Shown: positions 20,359 through 34,124, counted from the first letter of the stretch. The stretch is 64,000 nt of DNA from Rebecca billardiae RCC1528 (GCA_965240325.2 OZ251226.1:3348001-3412000); one strand, 5' to 3'. A program made the numbers and translations. Notes: a model not told the origin generated them from the letters alone.

Positions 20359-21420
20359 GCCCCGCGCGAACGGCTCGGGCTGCGGCGGCACGATCTCGAC
20401 GGGCGCGGGCGAGATCACGGCGGGCGCGTTGGCGGCCGCGACCGCCGCGGCCGCCTGCGCGAGCGTCTCCGCCACAAGCGGCTTGGGCAGCGCGAGCACG
20501 TACACGCGCTCGCCCGGCGGCGGCGTGGCGGCGCCGGCCGCCGCGCCGCCCTTCGACGCCGTCCTCCGCGCCGCGCCCTTCGCCGCCGAGAACGAGCCGC
20601 CCACTGAGCCGCCGGCGCCGCCGCCGCCGGCGCCGCCGCCGGCGCCGGCGCCGCCGAGCGGCGCGCTGCACACCGCCGCGGCGAACCGGCCGTCGGGCGA
20701 GAGGTGGACGGCGGTGGCGGGCGCGGGGAGCTCGAGCTCGCACAGCTTGATCGTCTGCCAGTCGCCGCCCGCCGCCTCCACGCTCGACGTGATCGCCAGC
20801 TGGAACACCCACAGCTTGTGCGCGCCCGCGCCGCCGCCCTTGCCCGGCTCGAGCGGCGCGCCCACGAGCGCGAGCAGCGTGAACGCGCGCGCGGGCGGCG
20901 GCGCGACGGCGGAGAGGCAGACGGGGTCGTAGCCGGGGTCGAGCGTGAGCAGCTGCACCGTCGACTCCGCCTCGAGCGAGTCGAGCATCAGCACGCGCCC
21001 CGACGCCTCGCCCGGCGCCGCGCACGCGCCCACGAGCACGAGCGCGTCGTACAGCGGCGCGACCGGGCTGCGCGCGCTGAAGACGCCGGCCTGCTCCGCC
21101 GTGTCGAAGAGGGCGGTGGGCCCGCCGATCGCGATCTTCGCCTCCTCCTCCGCCAGCCGGCGGCGCTCGCGGTCCCCCGCCGTGCGCATGCGCGAGAGCT
21201 CGTACGCGTCGTCGACGAGCTCGGTGAGCAGCGAGTCCACCATCCGGTACGGCTGGGGGAGGAAGTCGCGGAAGCGGGAGACGTCCTCCCAGTCGGTGCC
21301 GACGAAGGTCTCCGCGCCGAACGCGCCGCGCGCGCGCGGCGGGAGCGACCACGTCTCCCGCGGCGCCTCGTCCTCCTCATCCGCGTTGGGGCCGGGTGGG
21401 CTCGGCGCGCGGGCCTCCAT
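18381..21420 (-). CDS. WDR93: WD-repeat protein 93-like (ciliary); exons 21420-19318, 19092-18984, 18844-18381
   Basis: LPQPYRMVDSLLTELVDDAYE matches the WDR93 N-terminal motif. WD-like blades such as ITALALNP..TLLALGYADGSV. Two frame-restoring GT-AG introns. Confidence 0.75.
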
Positions 21421-21514
21421 CGCTGAAACGGAAGCTAAAAACCGCCGCTCGAGGAGTCGAGGGAACTGAGTTCTTGAGGAGTCCCTCCTTGGCTGATCAA
21501 GAGCCCTCGAGACG

Positions 21515-22673
21515 ATGCCGGCCCGTCGAGGCAGAGGGCCACCGGCGCCCACGCCCGCCGAGGCGGATGTGGACCGCGCGCGCAGGCGCATGGAGATGAT
21601 GGACGAGAGCGACGACGACGACGACGATGCCGGCGCCGACGAGCAGAGCGAGGAGGCCGCCCAGCCCAGCATCCCGGACGAGCGCGCGCCGGAGCGCGGC
21701 GGCGCGCCTGGCTCGGACGAGGACGACGAGAGCAGCGGCACGAGCAGCGAGGAGGAGGAGGCGCCGCCGATCGACTGGCGCGCGCAGCTCAAGGACGTGG
21801 CGTTCGAGGACATCGACCAGCTCCGACGCGAGGGCGCGCGCGTCGCGCCGCTGGCCAAGCGAAAGCCCGCGCCGGACGCGGAGCGCGGGCGCGCGCCGCC
21901 CAAGCGCGCAAACAAGAACCGGTGCGCGCGCGCGCGCGCGCGCGCGCGGACGCGGCGCGGCGCGGCGTGTGTGCGCGCGGCGTTGTGCCAGCGCTCGCCT
22001 GTGACCCCCCAAACCGCCGCCCGCGCGCCGCGCCGCGCCGGCCCGCAGCCCGAGCGAGCAGAGCTCGAAGCGGCCGGTGCCGCGGCTGCGTCTTGCGCAC
22101 GGACTGGACGCGGGCGCGCTCAAGCCGAGGGAGGAGCGCGCGGTCGACCCGCGGTTCGAGGCGCTGTCGGGCAAGCTGGACGTGGCGTCGGTGCGCCAGA
22201 AGTACGGCTTCGTCTTCGAGCAGGCGCGCGCCGAGCACGACGCCATGCGCGCCGCGCTCAAGGCGCACCGCGCCGCGGACGGTGCGACGGGCAAGGCGCG
22301 GCGCAAGGCGGCGCGCAAGGGCGCGCTGCTGGGCGCGGAGGCGGCGGCCGAGCTGCAGTCGAGCGCGGACCGGCTGCAGACGCAGCTGCACGCGCGCGAG
22401 CGCGCAGAGCGCGAGCGCGCCGTGCGCGCGCAGCTGCGCAAGCAGGAGCTCGCCGCCGTCGCCTCCGGCAAGGCGCCCTACTTCCCCAAGGCCTCGGCCG
22501 TGCAGCGCGCCGTGCTGGCCGCCGAGTACGAGCAGCTCAGGGCGGAGGGCGGGCTGGGCAAGAAGCTCGCAAAGAAGCGGCGGCGGCGCGCGGAGAAGCA
22601 GAAGAAGTGGATGCCGCAGAAGCGCGTGCAGCGCGCCGAGGGCGGCGGCGGCGGGGCGGCCGAGGCCGGCTGA
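21515..22673 (+). CDS. RRP36: rRNA biogenesis protein RRP36 (DUF947); intron 21922-22048
   Basis: Splicing gives KRANKNRPSEQSSKRPV. DPRFEALSGKLD, YGFVFE and GKAPYFPK motifs. Confidence 0.9.
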
Positions 22674-23027
22674 CGCGCGCCGCGCCCCGCCGAGCCGGCT
22701 CGTCCTCCTGATGAGTCAGCCTGATGACCTCCTCACCTCCTCACCTCCTCACCTCCGCCGTCCGGTCGTCCCTCCTCCGTCCTCGGCTGGCTTCGTCGGC
22801 CGATCAGCTGATCGTCGGTGCTCATCGTCGGCGGCGGCGCCGTGAGAGCGCGGAATGCCCAGGCGGATCGACTCCCCGGGCAGTACGCAGTCACTGATGA
22901 GCACTCGGCGACTGCAGCACGCCAGCACGGCCCGCTTGGCGGGCTTGGCCGCTACCGCCGCCGCGCTACCGCCACTGCGTAGTAGGCGGATTATGAGCGT
23001 CGTCATCATCTGAATAATATATGATTA

Positions 23028-24916
23028 GGTGGGCCCACAGCAATTAAACAATGAAAACACAATCTCTCTGGCTTTTTCGGACCGCAGCCGTGCTCTTTTC
23101 CTCGCGCTGAAGTCCCTTTTTCCAGGCCGCCGACCTCCGGTCCGGGAAGCCGATCGATCGCGAAAACGATGACCGGGATGGACCTGTGCGCGTCGTCAGC
23201 GCGTTGTCCGCCGCGCTTGCCCGCCTGCCATGCGAGGCACGCTGCGCCGCACGCCCGTGGCATGCTGCGTAACCTTCTGGAACGAGCCATGCGAACGGTT
23301 CATACCTGGGTCATCTTCCCGGTCTGCCATCTCTCGCCGACAGTCGCGCGTTCAAACACGGGAACAGCTTTGGGGATTGTAATGCGTGCACAACGCGAGC
23401 TTGGGACACCCGTGAACGAACTGGGACACTCCGGGACGTTACTGGGACAGCATCTGCATGGTGTCCTGGCAATGCCCAGCTACTTCTGCGGCCCTGCGGA
23501 TGCCCGCCTCGTCGGTCAGGTCCCCGGAAGTCTGTGCGGTGTGACCGAACGCTGTGGCTGTTCACACGATCGTGGGCACTTGGGGAAGGATCTGATGGTC
23601 AAACAGCGGTCAAAGCGGATGCGTGTGCCGTCTGTCACCTCCCCGGCCTCGACTCAACTCTCAGTGCCGACGCTCCTCAGGTGTTTGGAAGCTACGAGCC
23701 ACTTGGAGGGCCTCGAGCCACACGATTGCACGAGGTCGGGCTGCGCGTCGAGCCGGGTAGATTGCAGCTGATGCGCTTGTTGAGCCCTGTCATGGCTCTA
23801 CGCGTACCTCAAGAGCCTAACTACTCCCCCGCGCGGCCGCACAGCAGTCGCCCCGCCTCTGCTTGGTCATCCGCTGTGCGCCGTGCTCGCTGCGGACAGT
23901 ACAGTTGATCCGTTCAACAGTGATTTAAGCCCTTCGTGAGCCTGCCCGAGCACGTTGGCGGCGCCACCGACGCCGGTGCACGGTCAGCAGGCGTACCAGC
24001 TCACCAGTGAGCCATATCTTGCCCTGCTGCCACGCAGGAAGCGGTGATGAGTGCACATCGCTACGCGCGCGCACACCACGGCGAGCCAGCTCGGCGCTGC
24101 GACGAATCGGCCGTTGCGCACAGTTAGGCAGAGGACGGTCCAGCTGAGGACAGCTCGGACACAGCTTGGTCGCAATGTAGAGCAACGGTTAGGTCGGAGC
24201 ACGAGAAAAGGCATTCGATGCGTAGCAGTGCCTGCCTTGAACGCCACAGATGAGCACTCGACGAACCTTGTCCGCCGTGTTCAAGCTGCGGGCTGCTGGA
24301 TGTGCCCGGCGCCGCGTGCCCCACTCCTGCTTGCCTTGACCACGGCCGGCGGGCTGGCGCCGCGACTCGGTTAGGCTCAATCTTTGCCCACGGCTCCTTA
24401 AGACTCGTCCTTCGAGGGTAGAAGGGTTGGAAAAATTCTTAGGTGTCACATGCACGCCGTACGGCTGCTACGAGAGCAGTCTGAAACAGTCTGAAATACT
24501 ATGGCAGCCATGCTGATCAGCATGGCGGTGTATGTGTAACGCACGGGTATAACGGTCGTTATCCCGTATTCTCAGAGTGCCCATATACGCCGTATATGTG
24601 ACAATGAGTGTGCATGCTGCTGAAGACCTATGAGCAGCTCATCAAAGTGCTATATCAAAGTGACGTCTGTCGACCCTATATATCACGTTTAAGACGCCCG
24701 TTACATGGTCGTTACATTGGTCACAGGCCATTTCCAATATAAGTAAATAGGGTCACCGTTACGCCCTATATTTACAGCATGTACCACTGGGTTTTTTACC
24801 AGGCAGGCCAGGGGCCATCTCATGGGGCTGGAATCCAGCTCGAGACGAAAGTAAACACCGCGCTATGAGCTCGCGCTCTGCGCCACTATAATCCCACAGT
24901 AGCCAGTGGGCCCACC
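23028..24916. mobile_element. Degenerate non-autonomous DNA element with short TIRs
   Basis: TA|GGTGGGCCCAC ... GTGGGCCCACC|TA; the inverted match extends to 15 bp, with an alternative ATG TSD. Interior is lower GC with no intact ORF. Confidence 0.6.
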
Positions 24917-24932
24917 TAATATGATACTATAA

Positions 24933-24956
24933 AGAGAGAGAGAGTCGAGAGAGACA

Positions 24957-25011
<55 letters not shown>
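24933..25011. repeat. (GA)n microsatellite
   Basis: Read directly from the sequence. Confidence 0.95.
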
Positions 25012-25017
<6 letters not shown>

Positions 25018-25252
25018 GCATCGAGAGACTTCTACTGCTACCGTTGCTATACAGCAATAAAAATAAAAATAAAATATAAATAATGCGCGCCGCGCGCGGC
25101 CGCGACGACGTGCCGACGACCCGCGCGGGAGCGCGGGGAAAAGCAGTCGTCGCATTGCCAGCACATGGGCCACCATCCGCACGGCGCAGGGGCAGCGCAC
25201 GTGCATGCTGTCGTCGTTACGATATGTGCCACCGATGGCGGCTGATGACGGC

Positions 25253-26470
25253 TCAGCGAGCGCTTCCCTCGGCGATGGTGGTCTGCGTGCGCAGCCGCCA
25301 CACGTCCTCGAGCGAGAGCTCGTCGGGGCGCGCGTGCAGGCAGCGCGCGCACGCCGCGGCGAGCGCCCACGCGAACGCGTCGCACACCGCCGCGGCCCCG
25401 CCCTCGGGCGTGTCCGCGCCGCCGAAGCCGCGGCTGCCCAGCTGCAGCGCCAGCGCGCCCGTGCACACGTCGCCCGCGCCGATGGCGTTGAGCGCTCGGA
25501 TGGCGGGCACGCTCAGGCGCCAGCTGCGCACGCCGCCGCCCGCGCTCGCGACGTACAGCCGCGCGGGGCGCGGGCCGTCGGTCACGGCGAGCACGCCGCC
25601 GCTCGCCTCCGCCGGCGCCGTGCCGGCCGCGGCCGCCGCGGCCGCGTGCCACGCGCGCCGCCGCGCGCCGACGCCGGCCGCGCTGCCGCCGGCCTCGCCC
25701 AGCAGCGCCTCCGCGGCCGCGTCGGGGTCGTCGGTGCTCGCGAGCTCGCGCAGCTCGTCCATGTTCAGCTTGAGCACGTCCACGCGCCCCGTCTGCAGCA
25801 GCGCCCCCACCTCCTTGTACCCGTCCAGCACGACCAGCGGCAGCCGCGCACGCGGCGGCGGCGGCGGCGGCGGCGCGGGCGGCGGCGCGGGCGGGCTGTC
25901 GGGCGCGGCGCGCGCCGCCGCGGCGTGCGGCGGGCCCTCGGCGCGGACGAGCTGCTCGAGGAGGTGCGCGGGGAAGTGGCCCGCGCCGGGCGGCGCTGTG
26001 CCCGCGAGCACGACGACGGCGTGCGACGCGACCGCCGCCGCCGTGCGCTCGAGCAGCGCGTCCACGGGTGCGCTCGGCACAGTCTGCGAGGGCTCGATCA
26101 GCTCGGTCGCGATCAGCCCGCCCGCGTGCTCGCCGTCGGTGGCGGCGGTGAGGACGGTGGTGCACGTGCGCGTGGTGCCGTCGAACCAGCCGGTCAGCTC
26201 GTCCACCCCGCCCTCGCGCACCGAGCGCGCCACCAGCTCGCCGGCCGCGTCGCCCGCGCCGCGGCCGAGCAGCTGCGCGAGCGTGACGCGCGCGTCCGCG
26301 TCCAGCGCCTTGATGGCGAGGGCGACGCCCTGGCCCTTGCCGCCCGCGCGCGTGTGCGCCGAGGTCGCGCGGTGGACGGCGCCGAGCTGCAGCGCGCCCG
26401 CGAGCACGAGCGTCTTCTGCAGCGCCGGGTTGAGCCCGACGACGAGCGTCGCCCCCGGCTCGCCGTGCAT
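25253..26470 (-). CDS. PfkB-family carbohydrate kinase (1-phosphofructokinase/tagatose-6-phosphate kinase-like)
   Basis: LNPALQKT, AGGKGQGVA, LKLNMDEL and NAIGAGD. Confidence 0.9.
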   Translation of the reverse strand: MHGEPGATLVVGLNPALQKTLVLAGALQLGAVHRATSAHTRAGGKGQGVALAIKALDADARVTLAQLLGRGAGDAAGELVARSVREGGVDELTGWFDGTTRTCTTVLTAATDGEHAGGLIATELIEPSQTVPSAPVDALLERTAAAVASHAVVVLAGTAPPGAGHFPAHLLEQLVRAEGPPHAAAARAAPDSPPAPPPAPPPPPPPRARLPLVVLDGYKEVGALLQTGRVDVLKLNMDELRELASTDDPDAAAEALLGEAGGSAAGVGARRRAWHAAAAAAAGTAPAEASGGVLAVTDGPRPARLYVASAGGGVRSWRLSVPAIRALNAIGAGDVCTGALALQLGSRGFGGADTPEGGAAAVCDAFAWALAAACARCLHARPDELSLEDVWRLRTQTTIAEGSAR

Positions 26471-26746
26471 CGCTCTGCTGCGTGCGGCCGGGCGTCAGTT
26501 CCGGCTTGACAGTGAGGTCCGGGCGCGGCCGACCGCCGACCGGCCGACGGCCGTCCACCCACCCGGAGTTTTTAAAGTTCCGGATCCGCCGGCCGAATCT
26601 GGATCGCGGGCGCGAAACGGTTATTCGCAGCCCCTTTTCGAGCGGTTTTGCGCGCCCAAGGAACTTGCCTGACGAGCTCACGGGCGTCAAACGGCTTGGC
26701 GACACCACGCTGACGGCCGCGCCGACGAGCGACCCGGCTCATACTC

Positions 26747-28662
26747 ATGGCGCCCATGCAGCGGCAGCAGCTGCGCGAGCTGCCCGAGATGGTCTCCCGC
26801 GTGCGGCGCGCCTCCACGCGCGCCGAGCGCAAGGACGCGCTCACGCGCATCGCCCAGGCGGTCGCGTGCGTGCACGACGCGGACGCGGCCGCCGCGAGTG
26901 AGAGCGTGCACGCGTCTGAGCTCGCGCCCGTGCTCGCCGAGGTGCTCGAGGCGTCGCAGGCGGCGGACACGGCGGACCCGTTCCTGCACACGCTCACCCT
27001 CTCCATCCTCGCCAACCTCGCCTTCCTCGGCGCCGAGCGCGCCGTGCGCGAGAGCGGCGCTCTGCCGCTGATGGTGGCAGCCATCCACTCCGCGCGGCCC
27101 AAGACGCGCTTCTACGCCGTGGCGGGCGTGCAGAACGTGCGGTGCCGCGCGGCGCGGATGTGGCGCGCGCTGCGCGCACGCGCGGCTGCCGCGCGCCCGC
27201 GCGCCGCCGCGCCCGCCCGCCCGGCCAGCGCTCACGCGCCGCGCGCGCCGCGCGCGCGCTCGCGGCCGCGCGACCGCATCAGATGACGCACCGGGACGCG
27301 GAGGCGGTGGTGGCGCTGAAGCGCGACCGCGCGGCGCTCGCGGCGCTGCACGCGCTGCTCGAGGCCGACGACGAGGGCCTCTTCCTCAACGCCTCGGGCG
27401 CGCTGGCCAACGTGTCGCGCCCGGTGCGCGCGCGCGCCGTGCTCGGCGCGGACGGCGCGCGCTCGCACGTCCTCGAGCTCGTCGGCGCGAAGCCGGGCGC
27501 GGCGGGGTCGGGCGTGGGGCTGGGCGGGATCGATGGGATGCTGCTCGGCGGCTTTGGCGCGGGCACGCGCCTCACGCGCGCGCGCGAGCGCCGCGCCGCC
27601 GTCATCCGGCGGCGCGAGGCCGCGCGCACGCTGCAGCGCGCGGCGCGCGCGCGCGGCGCGCGCCGCGCGGCGCGCCGGCTGCGCGTGCGCGCGGCGCGCG
27701 CGCGGCGCGCGGGCGGCGAGGCGGCGTTCGCCGCGACCGAGCTGCAGCGCGCGGCGCGCGGCGCCGCCGCGCGCGCGCGCCTCGCGCGCCTCCGCGCCGC
27801 CGCGCGCCGCGCCGAGGGCGCGCGCGCGCGCGTCGCTCACGACTCGGGCGGCGCCGCCCGGCGCGGCCGCGGCGGCGGCGGCGCGGAGGCGGAGGGCGAG
27901 GAGGCGGAGGAGGACGAGGCCGACGACGAGGACTCGGACTGGGGCGAGGAGGAGGCGGGCGCGGCGGAGGCCGCCGCGCGCGCGGGCCTGGCAGGCTTCT
28001 CCGCCGCAGACGCGGTTCTCAACGCGTCCTTCAGCGGAGCGCCGCCGGCAATGGCCGCCATGGCCGCCATGGCCGCACCCGGGGCGGAGGGCGGCGCGGG
28101 GCACGGGCAGGGGCGGCGGGAGGAGGCGGCGCACCGCCGGCCCGCCACGGCGGAGGCGGCGCCCCGCCGTGCGCCGCCCGCCGCGCCGCCCAACGCGGCG
28201 GCGGCGTGCGCGCAGGCGGCGGCGCGCGCCGAGGGCGGCGCGGCGGCCGGCGGCGCCGACGTCGCCGCCGCCGCCGCTCCCACCGCCTCGGGCGCTGGCG
28301 CGAGCAGCGCGGCCGACGGCGCGGCGGCGCCCGTCGGCGCGTCCAGCTCGGCGGAGCTCGCGCTGGCGGTGCTCTCGGGCTCGGCGGAGGTGGGCGCGGC
28401 GTTGGACGCGCTCGCGAGCGGCGCACGGCCCGAGGCGGCCGCGGCGGCGGCGGCGGATGCGGCGCAGCTCGCGGCCGCGCGCAACGCGGCCGGCGGCGTC
28501 GGCGGCAGCAGCGCCGAGGGCGCGCCGCCGGCGGGAGCGCCCGCCGAGCGCGTGCCGCAGGGCGCGGCCGCGCAGCCGCTGCTGCGCATCGCCGACCTCT
28601 CCATCTCGCTCGGCAGCACGCTCGGCAGCAGCGCCCTCGGCTCGGAGGCGGCCGAGGCGGCA

Positions 28663-28710
<48 letters not shown>

Positions 28711-31700
28711 CTCGCGTCGGGGCCGCCGAGCGCGCAGCACCGGCCCGAGTCCGCGCCGTGCTCGTCGGGGGAGGAGGAGGAGGAGGAGGAGGCGGAGGGG
28801 TGCGCGATGCCCTCGCCGCCGCCCAAGCACGCGCGCGCCGCCGAGGCGCTCGGCGCGGCGCACGGCGGCGCGTCGGGCGCCGAGGCGGCGCGGGTGGCGG
28901 CGCTGAGCGCGGATGCGGACGCGGCGCGCGCGGACGCGGCCGCCGCCGTCGCCGAGCGCACGCGCGCCGCGGCCGCGCTGGCGTCCGCGCTGCTCGCGCG
29001 CGAGGGCGCAGGCGCGGCGGCGGCCGCCGCGGCCGAGGCGTTTGGCGGCGCGCGCGACGCGCACGGCGCCGCCGCGGCGCACGCGGCCACAGCCTTCGAC
29101 GGCGCGGCGCGCGCGGCGGCGGGCGCGGCGGGCGCGGCGGCGGGCGCGGCGCGCGCGCAGGAGCGCGTCGCCGCGGCGCGCGCGCTCGAGATCGCGCCGC
29201 ACGAGCCGCTCGCGCACGCGGCGGCGGCGGCGGTGGACGGCGGCGCTGCGCGCCCGCGCTCGCCGCCGCCGCCGCGGCCGGAGGCGACCGCTGCCGCGCG
29301 GCGCGAGGCGGCGCAAGCGGCGGCGGACGAGGCGGCGGCAGAGGCGGCGTGCGCGGTCGCGGCCGCGGCCGCGGCCGCGCGCGCCGCGCTCGCGGCGGAC
29401 GGGCTCGTGCCCGCGGCCGCGGCGCACACGGCCGCCGCGCGCGCCGCCGCCGCGGCGGAGCGCGCCGCGTACGAGCGCGCGGCCGCGGCGCGCGCCGCGG
29501 CCGCGCGCGCGAGCGCGGCGGAGCGCGCGGCGGCGCGCGCAGAGCACGCGCGACTGGCGGCGGCGCTGCGCGCGGCCGCGGCGGACGCGCGCGCGGCGAC
29601 CGAGCGCGCCGCCGCCGTCGAGGCCGCCGCCGCCGAGGACGAGGCGTACCGCACGCGCGCCGCCGCGCGCGCCGCCGCGGCCGCCACGGCCGCCGAGCGC
29701 GCCGCCGCCTCGCGCGAGGCGCGCGGCGGCGCGGCGGCGCGCGCGGCGGCCGCGGCCGCGGACGCCGCCGCGGACGCCGCCGCGTCGGCGGCGGCCTCGG
29801 CCGCGGCGGCGGACGTCGCGGCCGCCGAGGCCGAGCGCGCGCGCGGCGCGCGCGGCGCCGCGAGCGCGGCCGCGGACGCGGAGGAGGAGGCGTGGGCCGT
29901 GGCGGACTCGGCCGCGGCCGAGCTCGGCGCCGCCGAGCGCGCGGCGAAGGCGGCGGCCGGCGGCGGCGCGGCGCGGCGGCAGGCGGCGGCGGCGGCAGAC
30001 TCCGCCTCCATCGTCGCGGACGCGGCGGCCGCCTCGGCGGCGGAGGCGGCGGAGGCGGCGGAGGCGGCGGAGGCCGAGGCCGCGTCCGCGCGCGCGGCGC
30101 ACGAGCACGCGCGCGCGATGGCCGCGGCACTCGCCGAGCGCGCGCGGCGCGACGCGCGCGCGGCGCGCGGCGCGCGCGCCGCGCAGCGCGCGCGCGCCGA
30201 CGCGGCGGCGCGCGCGTCCGCGCGCGCGGCGCGCGCGGCGGAGCGCTCCGCGCTCGCGGCGGCGCGCGCGGACGAGGGCGCGCGCGCGGCGCAGCGCGCC
30301 TCCGACGCCGTCGCCGAGGCGCGCACCGACGCGCTGCACGCCGCCACCGCGCTCGCCGGCCTGGCGGTCGAGGCGGCCGCCGCCGCCGAGCGCGAGCGGC
30401 TGGCGGCGCAGCGCGCGGCCGCGGACGCGGCGCGCGCGCACGGCGCGGCGGAGGCGGAGGCGCGCGAGGCGCAGGGCGCGCGCGAGGCGGCGCGCGCGGA
30501 CGCCGCGGCGGCCGCGGCGGCCGCGGCGGCGGGCGCCGACGGCGCGGCGGCCGCGCGCGCCGCGGCCGACGCGGCGGCGGCCGCCGCGGCCGAGGCCGAG
30601 GCCGAGGCGGCGGCGCGGCGGCACGCGGCGGCGGGCGCGGCCGAGGCGGCGGCCGCGGCGGTGGAGGCGGTGCAGGCCGCGCACGACGCGCTGGGCGGCG
30701 CGTACACCGCGTCGGCGCGCGCGGCCGCCGAGGCCGCCGTCGCGCACGCCTCCGCCGCCCTCTCGCGCGCGCTGCAGGCGGACGGCGCCTCGACAGAGGG
30801 GCACGCGCGCGCGGAGGCGGCCGCGCGCGCCGCGCGGCGCGAGGCGGCGCGCGCGGCGGAGCGCGCGGCGAGCGCGGGCGCGAGCGCGGGCGCGGCGCGC
30901 GCCGACGCCGACGCGGCGAGCGCGCGCGAGGCGGGCTGCGCCGAGCGAGCCCTCCTCTGCGTCGAGGCCGTCGCCGACGCGCGCGCGCTCGCCGCCGAGC
31001 ACGGCGGCCGCGTGGCCGACGCGGCGCGCGCCGCGGCGGACGCGGAGGCGGGCGCGGCGGCGTGCGCGGCGCAGCTTCGCGAGCAGCTCGGCGCGGGCGC
31101 GCACGGCGGCGCGCCGCCCGCCGCGCCGTCGCCGTACACCCGCGACGCCACGTCGGGCGAGGCCGCGCGCGTGCAGCGCGCCTTCGCCCTCGCCGCCGCC
31201 GCAGCGGACTCACTCTTTGAGCTGACGGACGCGGCCGCGCGCGCGAGGGCGGAGGCGGAGGCGAGGGCGCGGGCGGAGGCGGCGGAGGCGGCGGAGGCGG
31301 AGGCGGCGGAGGCGGAGGCGAGGCGCCGCGCCGAGGCGGAGGCGGAGGCGGCGGCGGCGGCGGTGGAGGCGGCGGCGGTTGCGGCGGCGGTTGCGGCGAA
31401 GGCGGAGGCGGAGGCGGAGGCGGAGGCGGCCGCGGCGGCCGCGGCGGCCGCGGCGGCGGCCGAGGCCGAGGCCGAGGCCGAGGCCGAGGCCGAGGCCGCG
31501 GCGGAGGCGGCGGCGGCGGCGGAGGCGGCGGCGGAGGCGGAGGCGGAGGCGCAGCAGCAGAGGGCTTTGGCCGACGCGGCGGCTGCCAACGCGGCGGCCG
31601 AGGCGGCAGCGGCCGGGCCCGCGGAGGCAGAGCCCCGCGCGCAGGCGGCGGAGGCGGAGGCCCTGACAGCCGCTGCGGAGGCCGCAGCCGCAGCGGCCGC

Positions 31701-33677
31701 GCCCGCCACGCCGCCGCGCGGCGCGCAGCCCTCCGCGCCGCGCGGCCCGTCCCCGCCCGCCCCAGTGCCGCAGGAGGGCTTCGCGCTGCTCGCGGCGCTC
31801 ACGGCCGCAGCAGCGCGCCCCGCGCAGGAGCACGCCCCCGCCCAGGGCGAGGCCCAGGGCGAGGCCCAGGGCGTGGCCCAGGGCGTGGCCCAGGGCGTGG
31901 CCCAGGGCGTGGGCGAAGCCGCGCCGCACGCGGAGGAGGCGGCGGCGGCGCCGAGCGCAGCTCCAGCCCCCACAGCCCCCACAGCCCTCACAGCCCCCAC
32001 AGCCGCCACGGCCGCCGAGGGCGGCGGCGGCGACGCTGGCGGTGGCGGCGGCGGCGGCGAAGGCGAGGGCTGGGTGCCGGCGGCGGAGGCGGGGGCGGCG
32101 GAGGCGCCCGCCGCTGCCGCCGCGCCCGCTGCCCCGCGCGAGGAGGCGCGCGCGGGCGCGGCTGCCGCCGAGGCCCCGGCGGCCGCGCCCGCGCCCGCGC
32201 CGCACAGCCCGAGGCCGAGGCCGAGCGCGCGCGCACACGCGCACGCGCGTACGCCCGTGGCCACGCCCGCGCCGCCACCCGTCTCTGCGCACGCGGCCGC
32301 CTCCGCCTCGGCCGGCGGCGGCAGCGCGGCCGTGGGCACGGCCGAGCGCGAGCAGCGCGCGGCCGCGTTTGAGGCGGCGCGGCTGCAGCGGCTGGCGGAG
32401 GCGGCGGAGGCGACCCGGGCGGCGCGCGAGGCGCTGGAGCGCGAGCGCGCGCGCCACCTCAGCGAGCGCAAGGTGCGCGCACACCGCACACCGCACACCG
32501 CACACCGCACACCACGGCGCACGGCGCACGGCGCACCGCGCACCGCGCACCGCACGCGCGGCACCCGCTCACCGCGCGCGCGCGCCGCCGCCCCGCGACC
32601 CCGCGCCCCGCCCCGCCCCGCCCGCCCCAGTCCCGGCTCGCGTCCGAGCGCGCGTGGCGGCAGGACGTGGAGGGCCGCTCGGCCGAGATCTCCAAGCAGC
32701 GCGAGCGCGAGCGGCTGCACGCGCTCGCGGAGGCGCAGCGCCGAGAGGCGGAGCGGCGCACAGAGAGCGTGCACAAGGTGTGCGTGCGGGCGCGTGCGGG
32801 CGTGTGCGCGCGGCGCGCGGCGCGGCGTGCGGCGGGGCGGCAGCGCGCGTTGGGCGTGCGCGCCGTGCGCTCAGCGCGTGCGCGCGCCCCCGCCCCCGCC
32901 ACCGCCGCCACCGCCGCCACCGCTGCCGCGCGCCCGCCGCTTCCAGGTACACAGCCGGCGCGCGGAGCGCGACGCCTCTCTGCGCGAGGAGGGGCGACGG
33001 CGCAAGGAGGCGGCGGAGCGCGCGCACGCGGCGCACCGGGCGGGCGCACCGCCCGAGGAGGAGGCGCCGCAGCAGCTGCCGCCGCAGGCGAGGGTGCGCG
33101 CGGCGCGCAGCGGCGGCGGCGCGGCATGCGACGCGCCCACCCGCCGCCCGCCCGCGCCACGCCCACCGCCCCTCGCCCGCTGTCCCCACAACCCTAACCT
33201 TACGCACCCTCACCCTACCCCCGCCCCCTGCGTGCGCAGAAGCGCGTCATGGCGCAGATGGCGGCCGCGTACGGAGGCCACCCGCTGCGCGGCGGGGCGC
33301 CCAGGGCGCCGCTCGCGCCGCGCGGCGCGGCGCTCGGGCCGCGCGGCGCGCGGCTCGCGGGCGAGCACGGCGCGGGCGCCGATGAGGCGCACCCGCCGCC
33401 CGCGCGCCGCGCGCTGCCGCCGCCGGCCGTGCAGCCGCCGGCGCGCGGCGCGCGGGGACGCTCGCACTCACTCGCGGCGGGCGGCGCGCGCCGGACCGCG
33501 GCGGCGGCGGCGGCGGCGACGGGCTCGGCCGGGCCGCGGCGCGCGGCGGTGGGCGTGCCGACCGCGCCCGAGGGCGTGGCGCCGCTCGCGCCGCCGCCGC
33601 GCCGCGCGCCGCGCGCCTTCTCCGCGGGCGCGCGCTCGCCCGCGCACATCCGCGCGCCGCCGCCGCCGCCGCCGCCC

Positions 33678-33713
<36 letters not shown>

Positions 33714-34124
33714 TCAGGCGAGGCCTCGCCCGAGGGGGATGCCCTCGCCTCGCCCACCAAGCGCGCGCGCACGCTCGGCGCCGCGCGCGGCGCGGGCGAG
33801 GACGACGCGCGCGCCGCGCGCTGGTCGGTCGACCCGCTGCGTCCGCTGCCCGAGCTCGGCGGCGGCGGCGGCGGCCGCGCCCCGGCGGGCGGCGGCGCGG
33901 CCGACGGCCTGCCAGCCGTCTCAGCGCCGGTCGCGCCGCTCAGCCGCGGGAACGGCGCGAACAAGATGGCGCCGCCCGCGGGCGGCGGGATGCTGGCAGT
34001 GCCACCGCAGCACGGCATGCTCGGCGCCAAGCCCGCCGCCGCGCTCACCAAGGGGCCGCCGCGCCGAGGCGCGTCGGCGGGCGCGCGGCCGCATCACCTC
34101 GAGGCGCTGCCGGCGCGCTCGTGA
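26747..34124 (+). CDS. Very large protein: N-terminal ARM repeats, IQ-like motifs, Ala/Glu-rich coiled coil; exons 26747-27136, 27283-32472, 32664-32777, 32947-33093, 33240-34124
   Basis: LSILANLA, AVAGVQNMT and ASGALANV are ARM-like. AARTLQRAARAR and AATELQRAARG are IQ-like. Four phase-0 GT-AG introns keep one frame. Confidence 0.7.

Noticed and set aside
27232-32774. Very long antisense and alternative-frame ORFs (also 50788-56787, 53253-56543, 61906-63987)
   Set aside because: These are shadows of real genes. Stops are rare at this GC content and the translations are Arg/Ala/Pro noise.
33185-33222. Telomere-like aaccctaacc
   Set aside because: A single degenerate unit at the branch-point position of an intron.
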